DNA of 64,000 nucleotides from Octopus sinensis (taxonomy: Eukaryota), in the NCBI RefSeq assembly GCF_006345805.1, contig NC_042998.1, positions 59,272,001 through 59,336,000 of the forward strand, in the 5' to 3' direction. The position numbers and the translations under genes were made by a program. Shown in pieces: positions 25,435-38,889 of the stretch. How positions within the stretch are numbered: the first letter of the stretch is position 1; every line of letters begins with the position of its first letter. The notes beneath the pieces were generated by a model, which was given only the letters and a program-made list of their open reading frames with translations, did not search any database and had not been told where the DNA came from.

Positions 25435-25580
25435 TCAAAAAATACCTTAGGAATGAGAACCCAGGTTCGAAATTTCCCCAAGACACCTGATGAAGGCTGG
25501 AAAATACATCAGCCGAAACTTTATGTTAACAACAAACAAGATGAGGGCAAATATCTGTCAAATGTAAATAATGTAGATCA
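25435..25580 (+). mobile_element. Hammerhead-SINE body copy (hammerhead 25484-25525) behind an expanded (AAT)n(GAT)n(AGA)n tract
   Basis: Matches 3222-3365; CAC-CUGAUGA-A-GGCUG..CAGCC-GAAAC, 3' side mutated (uuuaug). Confidence 0.8.
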
Positions 25581-26068
25581 TATATACTCATACTCATAGG
25601 ACTACACATACATCTCAATATTTATACAACAACAGGATCACAACCAGTTTCCTAAGGACTTTTCAGACGGTCCTTGGTCTTCCTGATAAAGTAGATTTCG
25701 TGATTAAATGCACCCTCGTAGTTACACTGTTTTCTGTAAGGAAACTATGATGATTATCTGTAACATATATATAGTTGTATGTATATATACATGTATGTAT
25801 GTATGTATGTATATATGTAAGTATATATATGTATATACATGTATATACATACATACATGCATACATATATACATATATAAATAAATGGAGTTCAAAGCAG
25901 GTGTTATTCAAATTCATTTACTTCCGACACATGTTTCGAAGATATCACTTGTGTGATTTTTTGCTACCCTGGAAACTATATATTTTTCCGTGTTAATTTT
26001 TAACAAGGGAAAAATACACATGTCTATTTATATATACTTATATAATATATATACATGTATATATATAT

Positions 26069-26174
<106 letters not shown>

Positions 26175-26341
26175 ATTATTAAATATATGTATTTACCTCT
26201 GGTGGTGAATTGTGTAAACCTTCTCGGTGGAGTTTCCCCTGTTGAGCGTTAGGAAAATAACCAAATTAAAAGTGGAAGAAACGTGCTTCAGTTCTTTTTT
26301 CTCTCAGGGCCAGACTTTCTAGTTACGTATATGTGTGTTTT

Positions 26342-26385
<44 letters not shown>

Positions 26386-27281
26386 ATGCGTGTGTATATG
26401 TATTGTGCGCGTGAGCATGTGTCTGTGTTTATGGAAGTAGAGAAGAATCTACTAGTGTGAGGTAGGAGAGAAAAATAGCAATAGCTAAAGACGTTTTTTT
26501 TAAAGAACCATATTGAAAATGCATCAGCCTTCAAAATCTGTGCGAAGCAAATATTTCAGCAGTACAAATAAAGAACGTTATTCAGTGAAACCACAAAAAG
26601 TTAATGAGATTATAGGAACATAAAGATATTTCTGATATACTGGTAAGTTCACTGAATAGATTTCATAAGCAAGAACTTGGTGGAAAATCGGATCAATGCA
26701 ACAATATAGAGAGAAAAAGAAAGGAAACCTTAAATATAAACTTGATAGCATCTAGGAAGATATTTATTTAGAAGAGAAACAAATTAATTTCAGAAAGTTA
26801 ACTGAAAAATGAAGGTTTAGTCATATCCAAGTGACATCGGAACAAAAGTTCTATGGAAGTGTTTATCAGGTTAATAACACAAGGAAAGTTAATTCTTAAT
26901 AGATACAGGTGCTATTTTATATTACAACTGAAATGCAGGGATTACGATGGCAGAATCACCTGAGCATAGTTCAAAATACTATTATTTCCTGTTCTTTAAA
27001 ACATAAAGGACGAAGTGAAGTGAACAATGTAACTTCAGAATTCTGAAAGCCTGTATTATTGGACCATACATATTTCGAGCCCACATGCAGGTGTCGTGTG
27101 ATGTCCAAGAGAGAGAAGGTTTCCACTAGGAAGAACCCCCAATAAGGTGAAAATGACAACATAGTCAAACAATTTGGGTACGAAATGAAGAGAAGGGTGG
27201 AATCAATAAAAGAATAGAAGTGCATAATGGTCAATGATGTATACGGACATCGGACGTTCATCCTCCTCCTCCTCCTCCTCC

Positions 27282-27325
<44 letters not shown>

Positions 27326-27769
27326 TGATAAATAAAGAGATAAAGAGCCACTATATTCAATAAGGAACCATTATCTTCCCATTGAACAAAGTTTGTGTTT
27401 ATTTTTAACCAATGTTCTAAATATGATATACATTACATATGCCCGTATTCACATTTTTGGTGGCTGGGCATGAATAGTCGATAGGCATATTGTTCACATG
27501 CAGTAATATTTTAAGTATCCTCGTACATAATCTAACGTGTTATTTTTACTTCAAGAGATCATAAGGTGGGGTTTGAGAGAAAAGCCAGCCACTATTTGTA
27601 GCAATATGTATGTCCCACCTCTGAAACGATCTCTTTTAATATGAAATAGTCTTTGAATGAAACAAAATATGTGTTTTATCACTCAGTTTTTTGCTTTCAT
27701 TCCTCCATTCTAAATAACCAGGCGGTGTCTCTCTGAGCAGGTCGCATTTCCGTCTGCGGGTATATGTGC

Positions 27770-27860
27770 GTGGGTAGCAGTAAATAACACTTGCCCAAAG
27801 TTCTGGGCAGTGGGAATGAACCCCAAGACCACGTATTTGCGAAACGAGCTTTTTTACCAA
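27770..27860 (-). mobile_element. tRNA/CORE SINE 5' fragment
   Basis: Minus strand tggtaaaaaagct..ggggttcattcccactg..tttgggcaagtgtt (B box plus CORE-like TTGGGCAAGT). Confidence 0.6.
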
Positions 27861-28249
27861 AGAGCTATATTTAAGATAATATATATTTCTTGGTATCTTA
27901 GGTTCGTATAATTCCGTTTAATTTTCTTCTTTTAGAACATATATATCATTGCTGGTAATATTTTAGGTTGCCTTTAAAACTTTCTGAGGGAAATACTAGT
28001 ATAAGGCGTATATCTTGACAAATCATCATCATCATCACCATCACCATCACCATCATCACATCACCATCACCATCGTCATCATCATCATCATCATCGTCAT
28101 CATCATCATCATCATCATCATCCTCATCATCATCTTCATCCTCATCCTCCTCCTCCTCCTCCTCATTATTATTATTATCATTGTTGTTGTTGTTGTTGTT
28201 CTTGTTCTTCTTGTTGTTGATGTTGTTACTATTGTCTGCACAGCTTCTA

Positions 28250-29310
28250 ACGCTGCAGATGTACTACGGTACCAGCTGTTCACTACCAGTGAACTAAGGT
28301 AATGTTCCTCGTTTTTCGAGCATACAGAGTATTCGAGCGGTTCCAAGTTGTGCTGTTTTCTGTAAGTGCTCCACCCTTATTGCAGCCTCTATTTCTTCAT
28401 TGTACTGCTCAATATTCTTACTCACTGTTCCCAGGACTCCGATAATTATTGTTACTACTACCACTTTTTCAGCGACCAGAACTGCATAAACTTCCAAGCT
28501 AACCTGTCATATCTATCGAATTTTATTTCTTCCTTATCGCATACCTTGTTGTCAGCCTGGCATGCTATATTTATGATCCAGCATCGTTTGCTTTCTTTTT
28601 GTATTAACACTATGTTTGATTTCCTATTTTCTATTTCCTGATCGCGCGAAGTCATAAAATCCCATAGGATCTTTGCATTATCAATTTCGATGATGCCTTC
28701 GGGTTTATGTTCGTACCACTTTTGGCTCCATAAAGTCCATAATTGTTGCAATGTGTCCAATGGACAATCCTTCCTATATTGTTATGACGCTTTTTATATT
28801 CTTTCCGGACTAGTGGCGTACACTACAATCATCACTTTCTGATGTGTTGTCTATTCTGTATTTGGTGTAATTGGTTTTTGATTCTTGCTCTTGTGTAGCA
28901 CAGATTAGATCCTCGGTTTCAGGTTTTTAAATTACGTTTAGTCATCCATAGCCATCTTCTTTTTACTCTTATTTTTATCATGTGCTTTCATTGCATTACC
29001 GAGTGGAGTTCTGTGAGCCTTGGGTATGTGCTGTGGTTTATTGTGCGTTACCTAGTAGTACTATTTTCTGTATGTAGTATACATTTTTAATATACACGCG
29101 TTTTCGTTATATATTTGTATGGATGTTTTTTTTATATCATACCTAATGCACGCACTGTAATAGGAACTGTCTGTTTTCAGACTCCACATTCGGAGTAGCT
29201 CTATTTCCATATCTCTGTATTTTGAAAGTTTTTCCGTTTCTTTTAGAGAAACGTTGTCATCTGTTGGTATTAATACATCGATTAGAAAGTATTTACTAGT
29301 ATTATTATTA
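28250..29310 (-). mobile_element. Two adjacent decayed R4/Dong-like LINE 3' fragments
   Basis: KWYEHKPEGIIE..KILWDF..RKSNIVL; IDVLIPTDDNVSLKETEKLSKYRDMEIE; TAQLGTARIL. Confidence 0.8.
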
Positions 29311-29311
29311 T

Positions 29312-29865
29312 GTGAGTGAGCAGTGCATGTCATCAAAGTGACACCGGGGTAAAATATACGAAGCCCAGTATACCCATCATGACTACCTGTCTCATAAGGG
29401 TACACTAGGCACATGCATCACAGCTATATGTGCGCGACATAGTGATCTCATACCAAGATAAACAGCACATGACCTTGCAGGTGGGACCTTGTTAGAATTT
29501 TCTTGTGGTCGAGTAGCCTATCTCGCCAAAAAAGCCCCTGAATAAGGTTTGTTTAAGGATGTTGAACGAAACACTCATGTTTCCAGAGGGGAATTATTCA
29601 AACCCCAAAGAATCCCGCTAAACACATGGCTATGGTGATTCCCAAATACGTCTGCTCGTGATCAGAGATGCACATATCGTCAGCCACTAAGGGATATGCT
29701 TAACTGGTTAAGGTCAAACAACTGACAAGCAAATCTGTGGTATTGAGCAGAATATTTGCTGTAGCCCATCTTTTATACCAACACAAAACAATCTACATGA
29801 TAACATTTCCAATCAGTTAAGATCAGAGGCTTACGAGAGCCACTGCCTGGTACTGCATCAGTACA
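29312..29865 (-). mobile_element. Unclassified ~550-bp non-coding interspersed element with (AAT)n tail; second, truncated copy 29983-30285
   Basis: Two copies share gagcag..catcaaagt..ggggta..atatacgaagcccagtatacc..; both abut (TTA)n/(TAG)n. Confidence 0.7.
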
Positions 29866-29874
29866 TTTATTATT

Positions 29875-29922
<48 letters not shown>

Positions 29923-31008
29923 GTAGTAGTAGTAGTAGTAGTAGTGTAGTAGTAGTAGTAGTAGCAGTAGTAGTAGCAATATTGAGTGAGAGAGCAGCGC
30001 ATGCCATCAAAGTAACACTGGGGTACAAATATACGAAGCCCAGTATACCCGTCATGACTACCCGTCTGATAAGGGTACATCAGACACATGCATCACAGTC
30101 ATATGTACGCCACATTATTATCTCCTATCAAGATACATAGCGGATAATCTTGCAGGTGGAGCCTAGTTAGAATGTTCTTCAGGTCGCGTAGCTCATCCTG
30201 CTCAAAGGTTACTGAAAAAGAGTTGTTTAGGGTTGATGAATGAAACACCCATGTTTTCAGAGGTGAATTATTCAGACCCGAAATGTAAAAACATATTGCT
30301 GTTTCTCGGTTCCTCGTTTATGCATCAATAATAATTATAAAGTTTATACAATCCACCCACTGCTGCGTACATAACAAACATCTGACCCGTAAAGAAGTAA
30401 CTATGAACAGTGTTCGGTGAAAAAGGAAAAGCTATTGAGAACAAAGATTAAAAGAGAAAGTAATAGTAGTGGATTTCCCCCAATGAACTTCGGGAATTCA
30501 TTATACGAAAGAAACTTCAACACAATATTTGTTGTAGCGGGGTGTTAGGATTTTTTTGTTTTCTAACATTCTAATGTGTTGTGCATATGTGAATAACAAC
30601 AACAACAACAATAATAATAATGATAATAATAATTATAATAATCATGATTATTCGAAAGAAGATACCCCTCTCTTTAACCATGCAGTGTACTTCTTGGTAA
30701 GTATTAATAAATTTTCAGATAGTTACAATGTTTCAGATTTGCAGTTTAATACCCCGAGCCAGGATAAATTTGGATTGTTTATTGACAATGTTTACACCAA
30801 TAGCAACCAGTTGCCAAGAAAATAAATTAGAAAAGCAATCAGCCACTGAAACCTCGAACTACATTTCAGAAATGTATTTATATTTATCTAGCGACAGACA
30901 TCTGTAGCCTCCTACCTATAATCTTCATAGCGCTACACTGTTATTTGCAAATACACACAGACAAAATATATATTGATATATATATAATATTATATATATA
31001 TATATAAT

Positions 31009-31044
<36 letters not shown>

Positions 31045-31073
31045 ATATAATATATAATAAATAAATAATAAAT

Positions 31074-31109
<36 letters not shown>

Positions 31110-31397
31110 ATATATATAATATATATATATATATAGCACATATATGTATATATACACACACATATATATTTGTTTGTCAGTATGTATATATATATATATT
31201 TATGTATGTATATATGTATATGTATGTGTGTGTATGTGAATATGTGTGTGTGTGTATGTGTGTTGTTATTTTTTTACCTCCTTTTGTATAATTATTGGTT
31301 TCCAAGACATCTGATGTAAACTTGTGTGTTCAAACATATTTGGTTTTATCTATATCACAATAATATCACCTCCAGAAATATAACGTTACACATACAA

Positions 31398-31432
<35 letters not shown>

Positions 31433-31649
31433 ATTATATATATATAACGGGACCTTTATGAAAATAAACAAAGAAAGGCAGGTGGGAAACAAACGAACAA
31501 TTGTATTAGTATGGCGCTCAGGAAATATAAATAAAACAAGTCTTTAACGTTTCGAGCCTACATATATATATTCTATATATATGTGTGTATATATATATTC
31601 TATATATACGTGTGTATATATATATTCTATATAATATATATATATATAC

Positions 31650-32040
31650 AGGCGCAGGAGTGACTATGTGGTAAGTAGCTTGCTTAGCAGCCACATGGTT
31701 CCGTGTTCAGTCCCGCGCCTGGAGCTATTGTCTTCCATAGCCTCGGGCCGGTCAAAGGCTTGTGAGTGGATTTGGCAGAAGAAAACTGAAAGAAGCCCAT
31801 CGTATATGTATCCGTGTGAGGTTTTCTGTGTGTGTGTGTGTGTGTGTGTGCGTGCATATCTGTGTGTTTGCTCCCCCCCCCACTATTGCCTGTGTGTTTA
31901 CGTCCCCGTATTTCAGCGGTTTGATACATGCAATAAATACTAGGCTTACGAAGAATAAGCCTTGTGGTCGATTTCTTCGACTAAAGGTGAAGTACCAGCA
32001 TGGCTGCATTCAAATGACTGAATCAAATGAAAGAATAAAA
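31650..32040 (+). mobile_element. tRNA-derived SINE (octopus CORE/OR-like family), near full length
   Basis: A box TGACTATGTGG, B-box-like GTTCAGTCCC, internal (TG)n, 3' aaatgactgaatcaaatgaaagaataaaa. Confidence 0.8.
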
Positions 32041-32068
32041 TAACTGGTATATATCTATATATACAGAA

Positions 32069-32105
<37 letters not shown>

Positions 32106-32111
32106 AAAGAG

Positions 32112-32151
<40 letters not shown>

Positions 32152-32444
32152 CAACAAAGCATCCGGACAGTTAGACGATACAGAAAAGAAGAAAAAGCAA
32201 CGGTGTATATATATATACACATATACATACATGTATGTATGTATGTATGTATGTATGTATGTATGTATGTATGTATGAGTGTATGTATACATCTATGTAT
32301 ATGTGCATGTATGTATATATTGATATTTCATTATTATTACTATTATTATTATTATTATTATTATTAAAACGCGGAAGACGTCATTTGATTTAAAGAGACA
32401 TATTTTCATACAGAGTATGTAAAATATATATATATATTAATAAT

Positions 32445-33225
32445 ATATAATACATTATAATACAAATAAGAAAATGGAGAAACACCTTTAGGATATTAGA
32501 ATGTTGTCTTATTTATTTAACAAAACGAGAACCATAATAGCTTACATATATACATTAAAATTCAATACATATAAGATAAGAATACAATTATAAAGACCTA
32601 AATATAAATTATTGGGGCTGAAACAGATGTAAGACTGATTTTAATGACTCCAATAATTTATATTAATGCCTTTATAATTGTATTCTTATCTTACATGTAT
32701 AGAATTTTAGTGCATATATGTATGCTGTGGAGGCGCAATGGCCCAGTGGTTAGGGCAGCGGACTCGCGGTCATAGGATCGCGGTTTCGATTCCCAGACCG
32801 GGCGTTGTGAGTGTTTATTGAGCGAAAACACCTAAAGCTCCACGAGGCTCTGGCAGGGGATGGTGGTGATCTCTGCTGTACTCTTTCACCACAACTTTCT
32901 CTCACTCTTTCTTCCTGTTTCTGTTGTACCTGTATTTCAAAGGGCCGTGACTCTCTGTGTCACGCTGAATATCCCCGAGAACTACGTTAAGGGTACACGT
33001 GTCTGTGGAGTGCTCAGCCACTTACACGTTAATTTCACGAGCTGGCTGTTCCGTTGATTCGGATCAACCGGAACCCTCGTCGTCGAAACCGACGGAGTGC
33101 TTCCATCCATCCATTCCATGTATGCTATTATGGTTCTCGTTTTGTTAAGTAAATAAGTCAACATTCTAATATCCTAAAGCTGATAAACCAACTAAATTGT
33201 TTCTCCATTTTCTTATTTGTATTAT
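32445..33225. repeat. Fold-back repeat whose right arm is split by a SINE
   Basis: Left arm 32445-32617 pairs with 32647-32726 plus 33118-33225. Confidence 0.75.
32727..33117 (+). mobile_element. tRNA-derived SINE, full length, 9-bp TSD, (CCAT)n tail
   Basis: A box TGGCCCAGTGG, B box GTTTCGATTCC; TSD atgtatgct at 32718-32726 and 33118-33126. Confidence 0.88.
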
Positions 33226-33976
33226 AAAGTAATGTTAAAATATTTCTTTACCTTCACCCATTTAATACAAAATGTAAGTTAATTACATAGCAATTAAAAA
33301 CACTTGTGTATTAATAATTTGGGTATTATACCAACAGTATATTGGATAAGTATTATCCCTTAGTGGGATGGATCCACAACCCCTAACTTACTTGGTGTAT
33401 ATATATATATATATATGTACATATACACATCTGTCTGTTTGCGTCTCTCTCTCTCTCTCCTCTGCGTTCTGGTATAAGATGAAGAAGACATTATTATATA
33501 TATATATACATATACAAAGATACGCACACCCACACACATATATATTTAGTTATACACACACACAGACACACGCACATATATATTTGTATAAATAGTATTA
33601 GAAGTTATTTTGGCATTATATGTGCAATGCTATTCGGTGAATGTTTTGCCGACACATGTCTCTAATTATAGTATTTATCACTGCACTGAATGACGTATTC
33701 AAAACGGTTCTTATTATATTGAAATTAGTCTAAAATGGGCAGAACGAAAATTATACCTATCGGCAATTCTTTAGTTTTATAGTTGTTGAAGCTGTTGAAC
33801 TATGCATGTCTGTCTACCTACACCTCTACCTATATACCTACCTACATACCGGCCTACGTATGTATGTATGTATGTATGTATGTATGTATGTATGTATGTA
33901 TGTATGTATGTATGTATGTATGTATGTATGTATATATGTACCTACCTACCTATCTATCTATCTATCTATCTATCTA

Positions 33977-34014
<38 letters not shown>

Positions 34015-34749
34015 CCTATGCATAAAGAATTACGAGTGTGCATTTTGAAGTAAATGTCAGTTTTACATGCTATTATACAAAATGACTGCTGTTGAGAGCT
34101 TTGTCCTCTATGTCAAAGTGAATAGCTTATTTCAATTTACTAAGATACTTTTCAGCTCACCGTTTAGAATACCAATCTACATGTTTTACATGAACATATT
34201 TGATTTTGCACCTTACATGGAATATGCCAGGTACAATATAACACATACACACACACACATACAAAACCATTCAGATTTCTCTTCAAGGAAAGCACTCTAA
34301 CAAATTAATAATATATCAACTATTGGCGCAAATTCTGACAGTTAGTGGGGAGGATGCTAGTCTTTACATCAATTCCGCTGTTCAAATGGTAGTTATTTTA
34401 TCGACTCCAAAATATTGAAAGACAAATACAACCTGTTTTAATTTTGAACTGAGAATGTAAAGCCAAAAGACATGCCGTTAATTATGTTGTCCGCTGTGCA
34501 AACAATGCTGGCAGCCCATGAATGTAATTATTTCTAACATAAGAACAAAACCAGTAATTTTGAGCAGAAGGATTTCGTTTGACTGCATCATATCCAGTAC
34601 AAGTCTGTTAATTTAGCTTTGTTCACTCCAAAGGGATGACTGCAAACAAGACAACAGTTGATACTGAAGCAGGTATAAATACCACAAGGTATTTTGTCAT
34701 GCGATCTACGGATACTGTCAATCGAGCACCCAACTCAATGAATAATAAT

Positions 34750-34966
34750 AATAATCTTTCCTACTAAAGTCACAAGAAGTGAAATTTGAGTGGGAGGGGT
34801 GTTTAATCGATTACATCGATCCCAGTGCTCGATTGGTACTTAATTTATCGATCTAAAAAGATTGATGGACAAAACTGACCTTGCAGAATTTGAACTCAGA
34901 AAGTAAAGATGGAGGAAATGTCTGCAAGCATTTTACTTGCTGTGCTAGTGATTCTGCCAGCTCATC
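34750..34966 (-). mobile_element. Decayed Meta-domain-like SINE (other decayed copies ~4845-4925, ~51245-51375, ~56030-56220)
   Basis: Reverse complement resembles 55331-55562 (gagttcaaattc..gtc..ttt..tcgataaa..taagtacca..actggg..tcgatgtaatcga). Confidence 0.65.
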
Positions 34967-35222
34967 AATTTCTTACAGTATTAGAAATATAATATTTAGA
35001 GTATTCACGCTAAGTACAACAGAAATTGAATATTACCTCATTTACACTATTCAAACAAAATTGAAAGCAAACATATGGAACTGGATTGAAATAAGAAAAT
35101 TTATGAGTTGTTTATGAACATCAAGAGAATTATTAACGAGAAGAAGAAATAAATGCAAGATACACGCATACACACACACAAACACACATGTTTATATATG
35201 TGTGTATATATATATATATATG

Positions 35223-35302
<80 letters not shown>

Positions 35303-35424
35303 TATATATATATAAGTATATATATATAATATGTGAGGTTCGCGAGAGGATTTTAAATTGTTTTTCACGATAAAAATAATTTACCATTTTCTATCTTGTC
35401 GTATTTTCCTTATATATATATGTA

Positions 35425-35468
<44 letters not shown>

Positions 35469-35515
35469 AGAACTTCCATAGACACTTGTTGAAAGCGCCT
35501 TACAGCCTTATGTAT

Positions 35516-35551
<36 letters not shown>

Positions 35552-35919
35552 TGATATATATATATATATATAAGTATATATATATATATATATATATCAA
35601 TACATATATGCATACAGGCATACATACATGCAAGCATACAGACAGACAGACAGACAAATAGGTATATCGTATAAATCTATGCGTGTATGTATGAATGGAT
35701 ATATATATGTGTGTGTGTGTATGTAAATGTCTGTCTCTATGTATCACAAATATAGCAGTGTGCGTGAAAACCGGTTTGTAATTACTTGGTATCTTGTTCG
35801 ATCCCATTGCGCAGCATTTGGCTGTAAGGCGCTTTCAACAAGTGTCTATGGAAGTTCTTGATATATATATATATCGATCCGGAACTCAGCCATTGCGGGC
35901 AATGCCAAATTCAATATTT

Positions 35920-36743
35920 TGATGGCAGACCTCGTCAGAATAACGAGAAATGTGTCACGCATGTGCGAGCCTACAGAATTAAAGAGACACATACAGTATT
36001 CATTCACCGCATGCAGTTCTCAGGTTACAGCCATAAAGAAAGGATCAGAGTATACAAAGGAGCCATGAAGAAATTTGATAATATATTATGTAATGATAGG
36101 AATGGGATTTGCCCACTCTATAGGAACAAGTCATGGAACACTATAGAAAGGACAAAAAGAAAATAGGGAAAGCCAACTCTTGGTATGATAGCCATAAATA
36201 CCAGAGTGTCATGTTCGTTGACACCACCCCTGGAAGTGAACTGGCGTACCGCTTTAGAAGGACCCTAGATAAACTTAAACTAATAATTAAGGTTGTTGAA
36301 AAGCCAGGCAACCCTATCAAATCTATAATTGGTAGAACCTATCCTTTTAGTAGAACCCCCTGTACGGATAAGTATTGCACTGTATGTAGATTTAGCCCAC
36401 AAACAAACTGTAAAGCCAGAAATGTAGTCTATAGTATAAGATGTACAGAGGGACGATGCAGTAACAAGACAATAACATACGTAGAGGAAACGGCAAGAAG
36501 CATAGGAGAGCGGGTGAATGAACATTGGAGACAACTTAAGGAAGGTAAAAGCTCATCGATTCTGTACCAACACGCCGAACAGAACACGGGGGATCAATCA
36601 ATAACATAGAGATTAAGATATTGTCCACACATAGAACAGATGCAACAATTAGACAAATTACAGAAGCTACACATATAATAGAAAATAAGCCTAGCCTGAA
36701 TAGAAAACTAGAATGGAGCAATAGCACACACCACAACATATGA
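35920..36743 (+). pseudogene. Neptune-type PLE RT-thumb, linker and GIY-YIG (frameshifted)
   Basis: RMQFSGYS..CPLYRNKSW..ER; SVMFVDTTPGSELA; CTVC..C.ARNVVYSIRC..YVEETARSIGERVNEH..SILYQH; [22 protein letters not shown]. Confidence 0.85.
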
Positions 36744-36846
36744 CGATAGAGGATCCCGAAAACATAATAAATAAATACACTGATAAATAAACAAATAGAA
36801 ATGAATAACTATATATATGTATATATATCTATGTATGTATATGTAT

Positions 36847-36878
<32 letters not shown>

Positions 36879-37258
36879 GTATGTGTATATGTATATATAT
36901 GTGTATATGTATGTGTATATGTATATATATATATTTTTTTTTTCGATTAGATTTATTATTATTATTACTAATATTATTGTTATACATACATACAAGCATA
37001 TGTAATGATAATAATGGGTGGATGTAAACACATGAACAAAATTAGAACAAAAACAACAACAACAAAAACAAAATACAAATTACATGAATGTATATAAACA
37101 GAAGATACAAATATTACAGGCATCCCCCCCACACACACTAAATAAACATAGACGCACATAGAGATATAAGCATGCGCAAATGAAGACATACAATAGAAAT
37201 ACAAAATGGCTGACGGTTAGTAAGGAGAGACATAAATACGAAAGAAGAAAACAAAGGA

Positions 37259-37298
37259 CCACTGATGCGGTCACAGGAGTGTGACGAAAGAACTCTGG
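37259..37298 (+). ncRNA. Hammerhead-like motif of the Neptune element (A9 reads C)
   Basis: CCA-CUGAUGC-G-GUCAC-AGGAGU-GUGAC-GAA-AG-AA-CU-C-UGG. Confidence 0.55.
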
Positions 37299-37586
37299 CC
37301 GAAATAAGATTAAGATTAATGTAAAAAATAAATATCACTGAAGCAAAATAACACCAAATATATAGTGCATGTGTTTTTATTGGCTAAACTGGCAATATGA
37401 CCATTCCGAAATATAACAATATCTGTTTCAACAGACGACTTCACATAAAAAATCTTGCACAACAAATATTTAAACGTATATATATATATATAAGGAAAAT
37501 ACGACAAGATAGAAAATGCTAAAATAATTTTATCGTGAAGAACAATTTAAAATCCTCTCGCGATCCTCACACACACACATATATAT

Positions 37587-37694
<108 letters not shown>

Positions 37695-37994
37695 TTCTGA
37701 ACACGAGGAAGACGAGCTTATGAAAGAAATAGTATAACCACGTTTTTTCTTTACGAAGGTTGTGGGCAGATGGACAGATTATCTTTCGTCACGTGTCAAA
37801 GAGGAGAAGAGAAAACTAGGGAAGGGTGGGAGAGAAAGCCAGAAAGAATGAAGAACAAGAAAGGACGAGAGATAGACAAAGAACAGATAGTAAAGGTATA
37901 AGAGTGCGCATCGTAATTATTAAGATAAAACTTACTTGGAAAAGGATGCGTGGCGTTCGATCCTGTAATAATATAGATAAAATATAAATGTATG

Positions 37995-38063
<69 letters not shown>

Positions 38064-38609
38064 CAAGGACATTGCTTGAAATCAAAGAATTACTAAAAAG
38101 GCACCGTATATCCCAAGAGAATCTGTGTCTATTAAAATCAACAATGGTACTTTGAAAAACAACCAGGTGATTATACAGAATTGAAAGAATGCCTACCAAT
38201 ATCAAAGAAGACTAACTCGGAGATAGAGTATAGTAAAGATTTTGTATTGGGGAGAATATTTAAACAGCTAAAATACTTGAAAACTGGTGGGGAACCATAT
38301 CATCTCAATAACTTCTGCAGTCGATTCAAGAAAATCAACGAGATGGGCCCCATGTAAAACTCAAATTCCATTCAGTGGTCTAAATTATTCGAGCGGCAAC
38401 AATCAAAGTGCTTGCAATAGTAGTTAATGAAATGATCATATTTAATGAATACAAAGGGAAAATTCTCTTCATTCCCGACTTTTAAGAAACCACAAACGCT
38501 CGCCCCAGTAAAGCCATCTGCAATTTTTCCGAAGTAGTTACAATTTTTCTTATTCACAGTTTTCATTCTACCATTCCATCTCGCTTTCTCACTCACTCTC
38601 ACTTTCTCT

Positions 38610-38644
<35 letters not shown>

Positions 38645-38692
38645 GCTGCTGCTTCTGCTTCTGCTGCTGCTCCTGATGCTGCTGCTGCTGCA

Positions 38693-38725
<33 letters not shown>

Positions 38726-38738
38726 GCTGCTACTACTG

Positions 38739-38773
<35 letters not shown>

Positions 38774-38785
38774 GCTGCTGCTGCA

Positions 38786-38828
<43 letters not shown>

Positions 38829-38889
38829 ATAATAATAATAATAATAATGGTAATAATAATAGTAATGGTAATAATAATAATGATTAATG

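Larger units (their letters stand above)
35333..37570 (+). mobile_element. Neptune-like Penelope element, 5'-truncated, bounded by ~80-bp inverted repeats
   Basis: 35333-35412 is the reverse complement of 37491-37570; inner inverted repeat ~35467-35510 / 35820-35870; contains RT-thumb/GIY-YIG fragments and a hammerhead-like motif. Confidence 0.75.
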
